Shown here piece after piece: positions 22,792-32,415 of a DNA stretch of 44,624 nucleotides (position 1 is the first letter of the stretch; every line of letters begins with the position of its first letter). The translations under genes and the position numbers were made by a program. Under the pieces are notes generated by a model. It had not been told where the DNA came from. It was given only the letters and a program-made list of their open reading frames with translations, and did not search any database. Source of the DNA: an uncultured Pelagibacteraceae bacterium (lineage in GTDB: Bacteria; Pseudomonadota; Alphaproteobacteria; Pelagibacterales; Pelagibacteraceae); assembly GCA_902586395.1 (NCBI GenBank), contig CACIHL010000001.1:1-44624 (forward strand), given 5' to 3'.

Positions 22792-24141
22792 TTAATCAGT
22801 TAATAATGACGACCAAGATGGGTCTGAAGCATCGGTCTGGGTTTTAACCATTCTTTCGTTATATCCAGTAAGATCTATAGACCAAAGTTTAGCCGAAAAG
22901 CCTTTTCCTGCTGAATCTGATTTTGTCTCTCTATAAAAAATTAAAACTCTTCCATTAGGGGACCAGGAAGGAGCTTCTTGATAATAGTTTTCTGTAAGTA
23001 ATCTTTCGCCAGTTCCATCTGTTCTCATTACTCCAATATAAAACTTTCCTTTATGAAGCTTTGTAAAAGCTATCAAATCACCTCTTGGAGACCACACGGG
23101 TGTTCCGTAAAGACCATTTCCAAAAGATATCCTTTTAACTTTTGAACCATCGCTTCTCATTACATAAATTTGCTGATATCCACTTCTATCTGAATTGAAG
23201 CAAATATATTTGCCATCAGGGGAATATGATGGAGATGTATCAATTGATGGATGATTTGTTATTTTTTCAACCTCTCTACTTTCAAGGTCCATTGTATAAA
23301 TATCTGAATTTCCATCTTTAGCAAAACTCATGATAATTTTTTTCCCATCGGGGGAGAAACGTGGAGCAAATGTCATACCAGGAAAGTCTCCAACAACTTC
23401 CTGAATACCTGTTTCAATATCTAGTAAATACACTCTAGGCAGATTTTTAAAATAAGATAAATAAGTAACCATTTGATTTGTTGGATTAAACCTTGGTGTT
23501 AAAACTAATTCATTTCCTAGAGTTAAGTACTTTGTATTAAATCCATCTTGATCCATAATTGCTAACTTCTTAATACGACTTGTTTTTAGTCCCTCTTCAG
23601 CTACATAAATAATTCTGGTATCAAAATAACCTTTTTCACCTGTCAACCTTTGATAAACTTTATCAGTAATTATATGCCCAACTCTTCTCCAGTTTTCTGA
23701 AACAGTGGTAAATGCTAATGCCATAATTTCTTTGCCAGCTAATACATCCCATAATCTAAATTCAACTCTAAGCTTTTCATCAACTATCTTTACTTCTCCG
23801 GTAATTAATGCTTGAGCTTTAATTAACGCCCAATCTTCGAATCTAGGTTTAACATGAGCAATATCTGGTTTTTGTAGAAATGCTTTTGGATCTAACGGAT
23901 TGAATAAACCTGATTGTCTTAAATTATTCTCAACAACTTTTGATATTTCTGCACCTATATCTTCAAGTTTTAATAAATCTTTAAATTTTTCTTTGGAATT
24001 TTGATCAACAGATAATGGCGACACCGCTAGCGGCAAGGGATTTAAATTACCTCTTGTAATATCTACTTCTATAAGAGACCAAGCCTTACCCCAATTAAAA
24101 GTAAACAAACAAATATATATAAAAAAAATAATTCTTTTCAT
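22792..24141 (-). CDS. tolB: Tol-Pal beta-propeller protein TolB
   Basis: Signal peptide and repeated P.FSPDG/PSWSP.G (PD40) motifs; synteny. Confidence 0.96.
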   Translation of the reverse strand: MKRIIFFIYICLFTFNWGKAWSLIEVDITRGNLNPLPLAVSPLSVDQNSKEKFKDLLKLEDIGAEISKVVENNLRQSGLFNPLDPKAFLQKPDIAHVKPRFEDWALIKAQALITGEVKIVDEKLRVEFRLWDVLAGKEIMALAFTTVSENWRRVGHIITDKVYQRLTGEKGYFDTRIIYVAEEGLKTSRIKKLAIMDQDGFNTKYLTLGNELVLTPRFNPTNQMVTYLSYFKNLPRVYLLDIETGIQEVVGDFPGMTFAPRFSPDGKKIIMSFAKDGNSDIYTMDLESREVEKITNHPSIDTSPSYSPDGKYICFNSDRSGYQQIYVMRSDGSKVKRISFGNGLYGTPVWSPRGDLIAFTKLHKGKFYIGVMRTDGTGERLLTENYYQEAPSWSPNGRVLIFYRETKSDSAGKGFSAKLWSIDLTGYNERMVKTQTDASDPSWSSLLTD

Positions 24142-24956
24142 CCTTGAAGCATCTCCCTAGCATCAAAATTTAATTGAATTTCTTTCCACCTCTCATAACC
24201 TGTAGTTGGAACTCTTAAGGGCTGACACAATCTAATTGCTCTTAGAGCACTTTCTGCTAAAACTTTATAAAAACCTTGTCCTGGTTTATTCATTCTAGCA
24301 TGATCAAGTATTTCAGAATTAATAATTGTACCATCGGGTTTTAAATTTAGTTTAATTCTTACAAGAAGATCTTCATTATAAGGTAAGCCTAATGGGATAC
24401 TCCAGCATCCAAATATTTGTGCTTTAAGAGCATCTTCCTCATTTAAGGTCAATCCAGAGGAAATAACACTTTTTCTCTGTGATTGGGTTATTTTATTATC
24501 ACTTTTAATCATCTCTGCAGTTTCTTCTTTCGATTTATCAATTAGCGCAGCAATATTGTTTGGATCAAATAATTCTTTTTTTTCAAATTCTGAAACTTGT
24601 TTAATTTCATCATCAATTTTTTCTGGGTTTTGTTTATCCTGTTCTGGTTTTTTTACAATATTTTTTTGTTGATCTGGTAATGGTATTGCATCTGGTTTTT
24701 CTTTTTTAACTTTTTTTGGGGGTGCTTGCTCAGAAACAAGTTTTTCTTTTTCTTTCTTCTTTATTTCTTCAATAATTTTTTTAGCTTTAGGAGCATAAGG
24801 TATTGATGTTTTGTCAGTTATTTGAATAAGTTCTATGGATATAATCGGGGGAAGATCTATTGGTTTTTTTGCTAAAAATGGAAGGCTCAATGCTGTTATA
24901 ATTATAAGAAATAAATGTAGTAAAGATGATATAATAATATTATTAGCCACTATCAA
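24138..24956 (-). CDS. tolA: TolA-like cell envelope protein
   Basis: N-terminal TM with S..LH, a K/E/P-rich linker and a C-terminal CW..P..ESALRAI domain; lies between tolR and tolB. Confidence 0.85.
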   Translation of the reverse strand: MIVANNIIISSLLHLFLIIITALSLPFLAKKPIDLPPIISIELIQITDKTSIPYAPKAKKIIEEIKKKEKEKLVSEQAPPKKVKKEKPDAIPLPDQQKNIVKKPEQDKQNPEKIDDEIKQVSEFEKKELFDPNNIAALIDKSKEETAEMIKSDNKITQSQRKSVISSGLTLNEEDALKAQIFGCWSIPLGLPYNEDLLVRIKLNLKPDGTIINSEILDHARMNKPGQGFYKVLAESALRAIRLCQPLRVPTTGYERWKEIQLNFDAREMLQG

Positions 24957-25373
24957 TCACCTTTCTTTATAAGGTTCTGAAATAAGCGCTACTTTTGTAA
25001 ATCCTGAACCAGAAAGCATTCCCATCACTTCTAGAACTCTTCCATAATTGATTGTCTTGTCACCTCTTACATATATTCTTGTATCTGTCCTGTTTTTTGA
25101 AACAGCTAATATTTTAGCAATTACATTATCAAACTCAACTTTAGACTCTTGAATAAATATCTCTCCTTTTGAATTTATACTTAAAGTTAATGGTTCTTGT
25201 TCCTCAGGAAGAGAGTCAGCTGAACTTTCTGGTAGATCTACTTGAACACCGACTGTCAATAATGGTGCTGTGACCATAAAAACAATTAAAAGAACCAACA
25301 TAACATCAACAAATGGTGTTACATTTATTTCACTTATTGGATCTTTAGATTTGTTTTTTAAATTAAAGGCCAT
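24957..25373 (-). CDS. tolR: TolR
   Basis: EINVTPFVDVMLVLLIVFMVTAP motif. Confidence 0.95.
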   Translation of the reverse strand: MAFNLKNKSKDPISEINVTPFVDVMLVLLIVFMVTAPLLTVGVQVDLPESSADSLPEEQEPLTLSINSKGEIFIQESKVEFDNVIAKILAVSKNRTDTRIYVRGDKTINYGRVLEVMGMLSGSGFTKVALISEPYKER

Positions 25374-25376
25374 TCT

Positions 25377-26051
25377 TTAAATTGTAGAGATAAATCTTTT
25401 GGCAAAATTTTCTAATCTTTGAGAATATTTTTTAGAGTCATTATTAAATTTATTATATGCTACAACCGCAGGTATAGCTGCTAAGAGCCCGAGAGCTGTT
25501 GCAAATAACGCTTCTGCAATACCTGGCGCGACAATAGCCAAACTGGTGTTTCTTGAAACTGCAATTGACTGAAACGAATTCATAATTCCCCAAACTGTTC
25601 CAAACAATCCAATAAAAGGTGCTGTTGAACCTACTGTGGCTAGAAATGAATAATTTTTTTCAAGCTTGTTAACTTCATTTTCTATATTAGACTCTAATAA
25701 ACCTGAAAGCTTTTCATTCAAATTACTTCTAGATCTTGATTTAAGAACTACTTGCATAGTCTTTTTAAAAACATTTGACATTGGGTCATCAATATTTGCT
25801 GGTAAATTATTATAGAAACTTTCGGCAGACCTTGATTTCCAAAATTTTTCCTCAAACTCTTGGGTTGATAAATTTATTTTTTTAAATAACTTAAATTTTT
25901 CTATAATTATCGCCCAAGTATAAATTGATGCTGCAATTAATAAAACGATAACTGATTTTACAATTATGTCTGCTCTAAGAAATAGGCTCCATAAAGAGAA
26001 GTCTACAGAACTTCCTAGTCCAACAGATTGTGATGCTATATCGGCTTCCAT
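25377..26051 (-). CDS. tolQ: TolQ
   Basis: APFIGLFGTVWGIM and VAPGIAEALFATALGL motifs. Confidence 0.96.
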   Translation of the reverse strand: MEADIASQSVGLGSSVDFSLWSLFLRADIIVKSVIVLLIAASIYTWAIIIEKFKLFKKINLSTQEFEEKFWKSRSAESFYNNLPANIDDPMSNVFKKTMQVVLKSRSRSNLNEKLSGLLESNIENEVNKLEKNYSFLATVGSTAPFIGLFGTVWGIMNSFQSIAVSRNTSLAIVAPGIAEALFATALGLLAAIPAVVAYNKFNNDSKKYSQRLENFAKRFISTI

Positions 26052-26107
26052 GAAAAATCTTTCACACTAAAATGTGTCATCAATTTGACCTGAAAGATCA
26101 AATAAAT

Positions 26108-26596
26108 CTAATATTTGGCGTTTTGGTAATAAAAACTAGAGATTAGTATCGCATCAGCTTTATTGGCATCTTTTTTTTTTGACAATTTTGAGGAAAAATA
26201 TGGATAAATTTCAATAGCTTTTGTCCTGCTGGCATCTTTATTTGTATTAATTAAATTAAAGAATTTTTTCCATTTGATTGGTGAAACGAAATCCATTGGA
26301 ATTTGCATTGCAGAAAAGATTCCTTTCAACACTCCAAAAGACTGTCCAAAATTAAACATACTAGTAACCCCTTGTCCTGGCATTGCAGAAACTTGCTCGA
26401 TTACAGCTATTACTTTCGTCTTATCTTCTCCTTCTATAGCTTTTTGAATTTCATTAAATATTTGAGAAGCATTAACTTGTGATTTATTTTTTTTCCCCAC
26501 AGCCATTTTTGGCATCTCAAACACATCCACTATTTTTCCATCTTTAAATAAGCATATGGCACCATTAATTCCAGGATCTATTCCAATTATTAACAT
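26108..26596 (-). CDS. RuvC-fold Holliday junction resolvase, MOC1/phage-like subtype
   Basis: IGIDPG (D7), VIEQV (E67), P..WK, KDASR and KKD..KADA.LI (D143/D148); sits in the ruvC position after yebC. Confidence 0.8.
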   Translation of the reverse strand: MLIIGIDPGINGAICLFKDGKIVDVFEMPKMAVGKKNKSQVNASQIFNEIQKAIEGEDKTKVIAVIEQVSAMPGQGVTSMFNFGQSFGVLKGIFSAMQIPMDFVSPIKWKKFFNLINTNKDASRTKAIEIYPYFSSKLSKKKDANKADAILISSFYYQNAKY

Positions 26597-26599
26597 TGC

Positions 26600-27322
26600 T
26601 TAATTTTTTTCCCCAAAATTCGAGTAAACCCTTTGAACATCATCGTCATCATCTAATAATTCTATAAGTTTTTTTATGTATTCTTTATTCTCACCTTCGC
26701 TGTAAACTTTATTTAGTGGAATCCACTCAATATCTGTAGATATAAAATTTTCAACATGAGACTCAATTTTTTTTTTTATAGAATAAATATCTTCAAAACC
26801 GCAATGTATCTCATGAAAATTTTCCAAGGAAAAGCATTCATCTGCACCAGCATCAATTGCTAGTTCAAAAATTTTATCGTCTTTAATTTCATTTATGTCT
26901 ATTCTAATTACGCCTATTTGTTTAAAATTGTGAGCTGCAGAACCTTGGGTACCCAAATTACCACCATTTTTTTGAAAAATTGTTCTTAATTTTGAGGCAG
27001 TTCTATTTTTATTATCTGTAAGTGCTTCAACAATTATAGCAACTTTATCTTTACCAAAACCCTCATATCTTATCTTTTCAAAATTTGAATGATTTAATGA
27101 TTTTGATTTATCAATGGCTCTCTCAATGTTGTCTTTTGGCATGTTTGAGGATCTTGCTGCTTGAATAGCAGATCTAAGTCTCGGATTCATCAAAGGATCT
27201 TTATCTCCAAGTTTAGCGGCTACGGTAATTTCTCTAGAAAGTTTCGAAAAAATCTTCGATCTTTCTTTATCTGCTCTACCTTTTTTATGCTTTATACCAG
27301 CCCAGTGAGAATGTCCTGCCAT
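26600..27322 (-). CDS. yebC: YebC/PmpR family protein
   Basis: MAGHSHWA.IKHKK, NPRLR, YEG.G and TDNKNRT motifs. Confidence 0.96.
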   Translation of the reverse strand: MAGHSHWAGIKHKKGRADKERSKIFSKLSREITVAAKLGDKDPLMNPRLRSAIQAARSSNMPKDNIERAIDKSKSLNHSNFEKIRYEGFGKDKVAIIVEALTDNKNRTASKLRTIFQKNGGNLGTQGSAAHNFKQIGVIRIDINEIKDDKIFELAIDAGADECFSLENFHEIHCGFEDIYSIKKKIESHVENFISTDIEWIPLNKVYSEGENKEYIKKLIELLDDDDDVQRVYSNFGEKN

Positions 27323-27323
27323 A

Positions 27324-28130
27324 TTATTTTGAGTTATTTAAAACACCCCCAACAATTATACTATTAATATTTTTAGCTAGTCCTGAAGTTTCATCACAAT
27401 CTACCATAACACCCGACAAAGAACCATCCCCTAAAGATGGATAATGTTTTTCAGAGTCTTGTTTAAAGAATCTTTTTAAAGAGTTTTCTTTATTCATCCC
27501 AATTACTGAGTCGTAGTCACCACACATTCCAGAGTCCGTGATATACGCTGTCCCACCTTTTAAAACTCTTGCGTCATTTGTTGGAATGTGCGTGTGAGTA
27601 CCAGTAACCAAAGTTGCTTTACTATCAAACAAATGTCCCATTGCCATTTTTTCAGAAGTAGTTTCACAATGCAAGTCGACTACTAAAAAGTCATAATCTT
27701 TTTTTAGTTGATATTTTTTTTGAAAATTTTCAGCTGTTTTGAAAACATCTTCACTTTTCCTCATGAAAACATTTCCCATTAAATTTAGTACACCTATTTT
27801 TAAATTTTTTGATGTTTGATAAATTTCAAATCCTTTTCCTGGCGATATTCCAATTAAATTAAATGGTCTAAGGAGTCTGTTATCATCCTCAACGAGTTTT
27901 AGAGTTTCTTTATGATCCCAAACATGATTTCCAGTTGTGAGTACATTTACCCCAAATTTAATTAGATTGTCTAAAACATCTTTTGTAATACCTACTCCAT
28001 TATGAGCTGCGTTTTCACCATTTGCTATTACAAAATTTATTTTATTTTCCTCAACTATTTTTTTAAGGTGTTTTTTTACAACCATGCAACCTGATGGTCC
28101 TACAATGTCACCTAAAAATAAAATTTTCAT
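27324..28130 (-). CDS. ymdB: YmdB-family metallophosphoesterase
   Basis: GDIVG, NGEN, TGNH.WD, D.H.ETTSEK and GTHTH motifs. Confidence 0.93.
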   Translation of the reverse strand: MKILFLGDIVGPSGCMVVKKHLKKIVEENKINFVIANGENAAHNGVGITKDVLDNLIKFGVNVLTTGNHVWDHKETLKLVEDDNRLLRPFNLIGISPGKGFEIYQTSKNLKIGVLNLMGNVFMRKSEDVFKTAENFQKKYQLKKDYDFLVVDLHCETTSEKMAMGHLFDSKATLVTGTHTHIPTNDARVLKGGTAYITDSGMCGDYDSVIGMNKENSLKRFFKQDSEKHYPSLGDGSLSGVMVDCDETSGLAKNINSIIVGGVLNNSK

Positions 28131-28669
28131 TTATAAATTCTTTTTTCAGTAATTATGAAATCCATTTTTTTATCATGTTTATCAACTGGTACTTTATTAA
28201 TTTTTTGACAAGAAAGAGCAAGTCCGATTTTAACACAGTTATTTTGTTTCTCAATTTTTTGAATAAACCTGTCATAGAAACCTCCTCCATAACCAAGTCT
28301 ATTTAAGTTAGAGTCAAAAGCTAACATCGGAATTATTAATGTAGAAGGAGTTATTTTTTTTCCCTTAAAAGGCTCTAAGATACCAAATCTATTTATTGTT
28401 AAAGGCTCATTAGGACTCCAGCTATAAAAAGACATCTCAAATTTATTATTAATTATAGGTAAAGAAATCATAAATTTTTTTCTAATTAATTGATTCATTA
28501 ATTCCAAAGTAGATAACTCATCACCAAAAGGATAATACAATCCAACTCTTTTGTTGGGAGATTTCCGCTCAATCAATTTGATTATTGCCTCAGAATTTAC
28601 TTTGATTTTTTTTCTGGCAAATTTTGATCGAATTTTAGATATTTTTTTTCTTAATTGAAATTTGTTCAC
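28127..28669 (-). CDS. ygfA: 5-formyltetrahydrofolate cyclo-ligase
   Basis: FGILEP, P..AFD...NRLGYGGGFYDR and HD motifs; GTG start. Confidence 0.95.
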   Translation of the reverse strand: MNKFQLRKKISKIRSKFARKKIKVNSEAIIKLIERKSPNKRVGLYYPFGDELSTLELMNQLIRKKFMISLPIINNKFEMSFYSWSPNEPLTINRFGILEPFKGKKITPSTLIIPMLAFDSNLNRLGYGGGFYDRFIQKIEKQNNCVKIGLALSCQKINKVPVDKHDKKMDFIITEKRIYK

Positions 28670-28677
28670 TACTAAAT

Positions 28678-29115
28678 CTAATTTTTAAGATTAACTCGCT
28701 CAACAAATTCCTCTATTTCTTTTGCAGTGTTAGAAATTAATTGATCATAATTATTGTTTATTTTATCAAGCTCTTTTTGCAAGTTATTGATATCATTGTT
28801 CAGTTTAGTTGCTTCATCTTCTTTTTCATTCTTGTAGCCGTATACAAGAGATTTCAGTTCTTTAAATTTTTCAGTTAGATTAGTTAATTCTTCCTTTTTT
28901 TTCTCAACATTTTTTTTGGTATCAAAATACTCATCCATCACTTTAATAGCGGTGATCAATAATAATTTATTTTCACCTATGTTTCCTAAGTCATTTTTTA
29001 ATTTTTCAAATTTATCGTTTAAATTTGCTGCTAACTCTTCAAGATGATCCTCTTGACCATCTTCACATGAAAGAAGAAAGTCTTTTCCATTAAATTTAAT
29101 ATTTACATTTGCCAT
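28678..29115 (-). CDS. zapA: Cell division protein ZapA
   Basis: V.I.FNGK.F.LSC.DGQE.HL..LA N-terminus followed by a coiled coil; synteny with ygfA. Confidence 0.88.
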   Translation of the reverse strand: MANVNIKFNGKDFLLSCEDGQEDHLEELAANLNDKFEKLKNDLGNIGENKLLLITAIKVMDEYFDTKKNVEKKKEELTNLTEKFKELKSLVYGYKNEKEDEATKLNNDINNLQKELDKINNNYDQLISNTAKEIEEFVERVNLKN

Positions 29116-29426
29116 TTTTCAATCTCATCAAGTAAAGTATCTGTTTCTTGATTTAATTCATCAATTTTTTCGTCAAACTCTAATCTTTTCATTCTATCTT
29201 CTTTTTTTTCAACCATCATTTGTTTGATTTTGACTTGAAGATTGCCGTGTTCATCACTTAAATTTTTGTATTTTTTTTCCAACTCATTTTTTTCAATTTC
29301 TAATTGATTTTTTTGATCAACTAATTCTTTAATGTCTCCAGATATCTGGTCATTTTTTAGATCAAGTTTTTTTAATTTCTTAAGTGCTTCTCCAAGTTTT
29401 TTTTCTTTTTCGCTGATATATTTCAT
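29103..29426 (-). CDS. Coiled-coil protein upstream of zapA (ZauP/ZapB-like)
   Basis: 107 aa heptad-rich protein overlapping the zapA start and divergent from tkt; position of Caulobacter zauP. Confidence 0.6.
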   Translation of the reverse strand: MKYISEKEKKLGEALKKLKKLDLKNDQISGDIKELVDQKNQLEIEKNELEKKYKNLSDEHGNLQVKIKQMMVEKKEDRMKRLEFDEKIDELNQETDTLLDEIEKWQM

Positions 29427-29476
29427 ATATATATAATTATATATTAATGAGTCTCTTAGTCTAGATAGGAATATTT

Positions 29477-31411
29477 TTGAAAATAAAACATAAAGATTTA
29501 GCTAATGCTGTAAGATTTCTATCTTTAGATGCTGTTGAAGCAGCGAATTCTGGTCATCCTGGAATGCCAATGGGAATGGCTGATGTTGCTACAGTTTTAT
29601 TTAAAAACTTTTTACGATTTAATCCTAAAGATCCTAATTGGTTTAATAGAGACAGGTTCGTTCTTTCTGCTGGTCATGGGTCTATGCTTCTTTACTCACT
29701 TTTATATTTAACTGGTTACAAAAGTGTTTCCATAGATGACATTAAAAACTTTAGAAAACTTGACTCTATTTGTGCCGGGCATCCTGAATATCATTCTAAT
29801 TCAGGGATAGAGACTACGACAGGACCACTAGGACAAGGTATATCAAATGCTGTGGGTTTTGCGCTTGCTGAAGAAATATTAAAAAAGAGGTTAGGAAAAA
29901 AAAGGATAGATCATAAAACTTATGTCTTAGCAGGTGATGGATGCCTTATGGAAGGAATAAGCCATGAAGCCTTAAGTTTTGCAGGTCATATAAAATTAAA
30001 AAATTTGGTACTCCTTTTTGATAATAATTCAATCTCGATTGATGGCCCTACTAATCTTGCTGTTTCTGATAATATAAAAAAAAGATTTGAGAGTTATGGT
30101 TGGAGCTATTTAGAAATAAACGGTCATAATGATAAACAAATTTTTACCGCTTTAAAAAAAGCTCAAAATTCGAAAAAACCATTTGCTATTTCTTGTAAGA
30201 CTACAATTGGTTATGGCTCACCAAATAAAAGTGGGAAAGCATCATCGCATGGAAGCCCGCTGGGTACCGATGAGGTAAAGCTAGTAAGAAAAAAATTAAA
30301 ATGGAATTATGAGCCTTTTAAGATCCCTGAAAAAATTTTAAGTGAGTGGAGAAAAATAGGGGAAAGCGCCTCTTCAAAAGCAGAAAAAAATAAATCATAC
30401 GAACCTGAATTCAATATTTTTAACGATGAGATTACAAGTGAAATAGAGCAAGTAAAAAATGATTATTTAAAATCACTAGAACCAATTGCAACAAGGAAAT
30501 CCTCAGAAAAATTTTTAGATATAATTTCAAAACTACCAAATTTAATTGGTGGCTCGGCTGATCTTGCGGGTTCAAATAATACAAAAACAAAAAATCATAA
30601 AATAATTAAGCCAGGAAATTTTGGGGGAAATTATATTCATTACGGAGTAAGAGAACACGCAATGTGTGGAATTATGAATGGAATCTCACTGCATAGTAAT
30701 CTTATTCCTTATGGTGGAACTTTTTTAATATTTAGTGATTATTGCAAGCCTTCTATCAGATTGGCTGCAATGATGGGCCAAAGGGTAATTTATGTTTTAA
30801 CCCATGACTCAATTGGTCTTGGAGAAGACGGTCCAACCCATCAACCTGTTGAACAGCTTGCAATGTTGAGATCTATACCAAACTTAAATGTATTTAGACC
30901 ATCCGATACCATTGAAACTTTTGAATGTTGGCAGTTGGCTTTAGAGAGTAAAAATAAACCAAGTGTAATCGCTCTAACAAGACAAAAAATAGAACCTGTA
31001 AGAAAAGAGGCGATCACTAACAATCTATGCTCTAAAGGGGCTTATGAAATTTTAAGAAATGGAGATAATCTTAAGGTAACAATATTAGCGACAGGCTCTG
31101 AAACTGATCTCGCAATAAAAGTAAGTCATAAATTAGCCACAGAAAATATCTATTCAAAAGTTATATCAATGCCATGCCATGAAATATTTGATAGTCAAAA
31201 CAACGACTATAAAAAAGATATTTTGCAAGATGATACGCTTAAAGTTTCTATAGAAGCATCGGAAACAAGTTATTGGAAAAAATATACAGGAGCCAGTGGA
31301 TTAAATTTAGGAATAGATAATTTTGGTAAGAGCGCACCTTACAAAGATATTTATAAACACTTTGAATTAGATGTTGAAAACATTGTACAAAAAATAAAGA
31401 AAAGTTTATGA
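29477..31411 (+). CDS. tkt: Transketolase
   Basis: SGHPG, RDRFVLSAGHGS, GDGCLMEG and THDSIGLGEDGPTHQP motifs. Confidence 0.98.
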   Translation: MKIKHKDLANAVRFLSLDAVEAANSGHPGMPMGMADVATVLFKNFLRFNPKDPNWFNRDRFVLSAGHGSMLLYSLLYLTGYKSVSIDDIKNFRKLDSICAGHPEYHSNSGIETTTGPLGQGISNAVGFALAEEILKKRLGKKRIDHKTYVLAGDGCLMEGISHEALSFAGHIKLKNLVLLFDNNSISIDGPTNLAVSDNIKKRFESYGWSYLEINGHNDKQIFTALKKAQNSKKPFAISCKTTIGYGSPNKSGKASSHGSPLGTDEVKLVRKKLKWNYEPFKIPEKILSEWRKIGESASSKAEKNKSYEPEFNIFNDEITSEIEQVKNDYLKSLEPIATRKSSEKFLDIISKLPNLIGGSADLAGSNNTKTKNHKIIKPGNFGGNYIHYGVREHAMCGIMNGISLHSNLIPYGGTFLIFSDYCKPSIRLAAMMGQRVIYVLTHDSIGLGEDGPTHQPVEQLAMLRSIPNLNVFRPSDTIETFECWQLALESKNKPSVIALTRQKIEPVRKEAITNNLCSKGAYEILRNGDNLKVTILATGSETDLAIKVSHKLATENIYSKVISMPCHEIFDSQNNDYKKDILQDDTLKVSIEASETSYWKKYTGASGLNLGIDNFGKSAPYKDIYKHFELDVENIVQKIKKSL

Positions 31412-32415
31412 AAACTAAAATTGGGATAAACGGTTTAGGTAGAATTGGTAGAATGGTGGTTCGATCAATATTTGAAGAGGATCATTCTAACCTAAAAATT
31501 CAACATATAAATAATAGAGCTGACATTGAGACTGCTTGTTCTCTACTGAAAAGAGATAGTATTCACGGAAAATTCAATGCTGACATATCAATAGAAAAAA
31601 ATCATTTAAATATTAATGGTAATAAAATTTATTATTCACAAAAGGATAAGTTGGAGGAAATTAATTGGAAAGACAATGATGTTGATTTTGTACTTGAATG
31701 CACTGGTAAATTTAATTCTAAGGAAAAACTAATCCCACATTTAAGTAATGGAGCAAAAAAAGTTATTGTTTCAGCTCCATGCAAAAACGCTGATAAGACA
31801 ATAGTATTTGGAGTTAACGAAAAAGAAATTAAGAAGGAAGATAAAATTATATCTGCAGCATCTTGTACAACTAATTGTCTTGCACCTGTCGCTCACGTTT
31901 TAAATGAAAATTTTGAAATTGAAAAAGGTTTTATGACTACAATTCATTCTTTTACAACTGATCAAAGAATTTTAGATAATTCACATAAAGATATAAGAAG
32001 AGCAAGAACAGCTAGTCAATCAATTGTACCGACCTCAACTGGTGCCTCAAAAGCGATTGGTGAAATTATACCTTCTTTAAAAGGAAAGCTGGAGGGTGTA
32101 GCAATGAGAATACCAACCCCAAATGTTTCTTTAATTGAATTAATATTTTGCTCCAAAAAAGATCTATCTGTTGAAAAAATTAATTCTGCCTTTAAAAACT
32201 TCAGCGAGAATCAGAAAATAAAAGTTTTAGAAATAACAGAAGAAAAACTTGTTTCAATTGATTTTAATCACAACCCAGCTTCCTCTATAGTGGATGCATC
32301 GTTAACAAATGTTATAGGTAAAAATATGGGTAAAATTTCTGCTTGGTATGACAATGAGTGGGGTTTTTCAAATAGAATGTGTGATATTGTAGCGTATCTT
32401 CATAAAATTTCTTAA
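31408..32415 (+). CDS. gap: Glyceraldehyde-3-phosphate dehydrogenase, type I
   Basis: GINGLGRIGR, ASCTTNCLAP and WYDNEWGFS motifs. Confidence 0.97.
   Translation: MKTKIGINGLGRIGRMVVRSIFEEDHSNLKIQHINNRADIETACSLLKRDSIHGKFNADISIEKNHLNINGNKIYYSQKDKLEEINWKDNDVDFVLECTGKFNSKEKLIPHLSNGAKKVIVSAPCKNADKTIVFGVNEKEIKKEDKIISAASCTTNCLAPVAHVLNENFEIEKGFMTTIHSFTTDQRILDNSHKDIRRARTASQSIVPTSTGASKAIGEIIPSLKGKLEGVAMRIPTPNVSLIELIFCSKKDLSVEKINSAFKNFSENQKIKVLEITEEKLVSIDFNHNPASSIVDASLTNVIGKNMGKISAWYDNEWGFSNRMCDIVAYLHKIS

Noticed and set aside
26108-26596. RuvC-fold protein as a TnpB/Cas12/IS-associated nuclease
   Set aside because: It is only 162 aa, with no zinc finger, no transposase, no array and no flanking space for a guide RNA (gaps of 3 and 56 bp).
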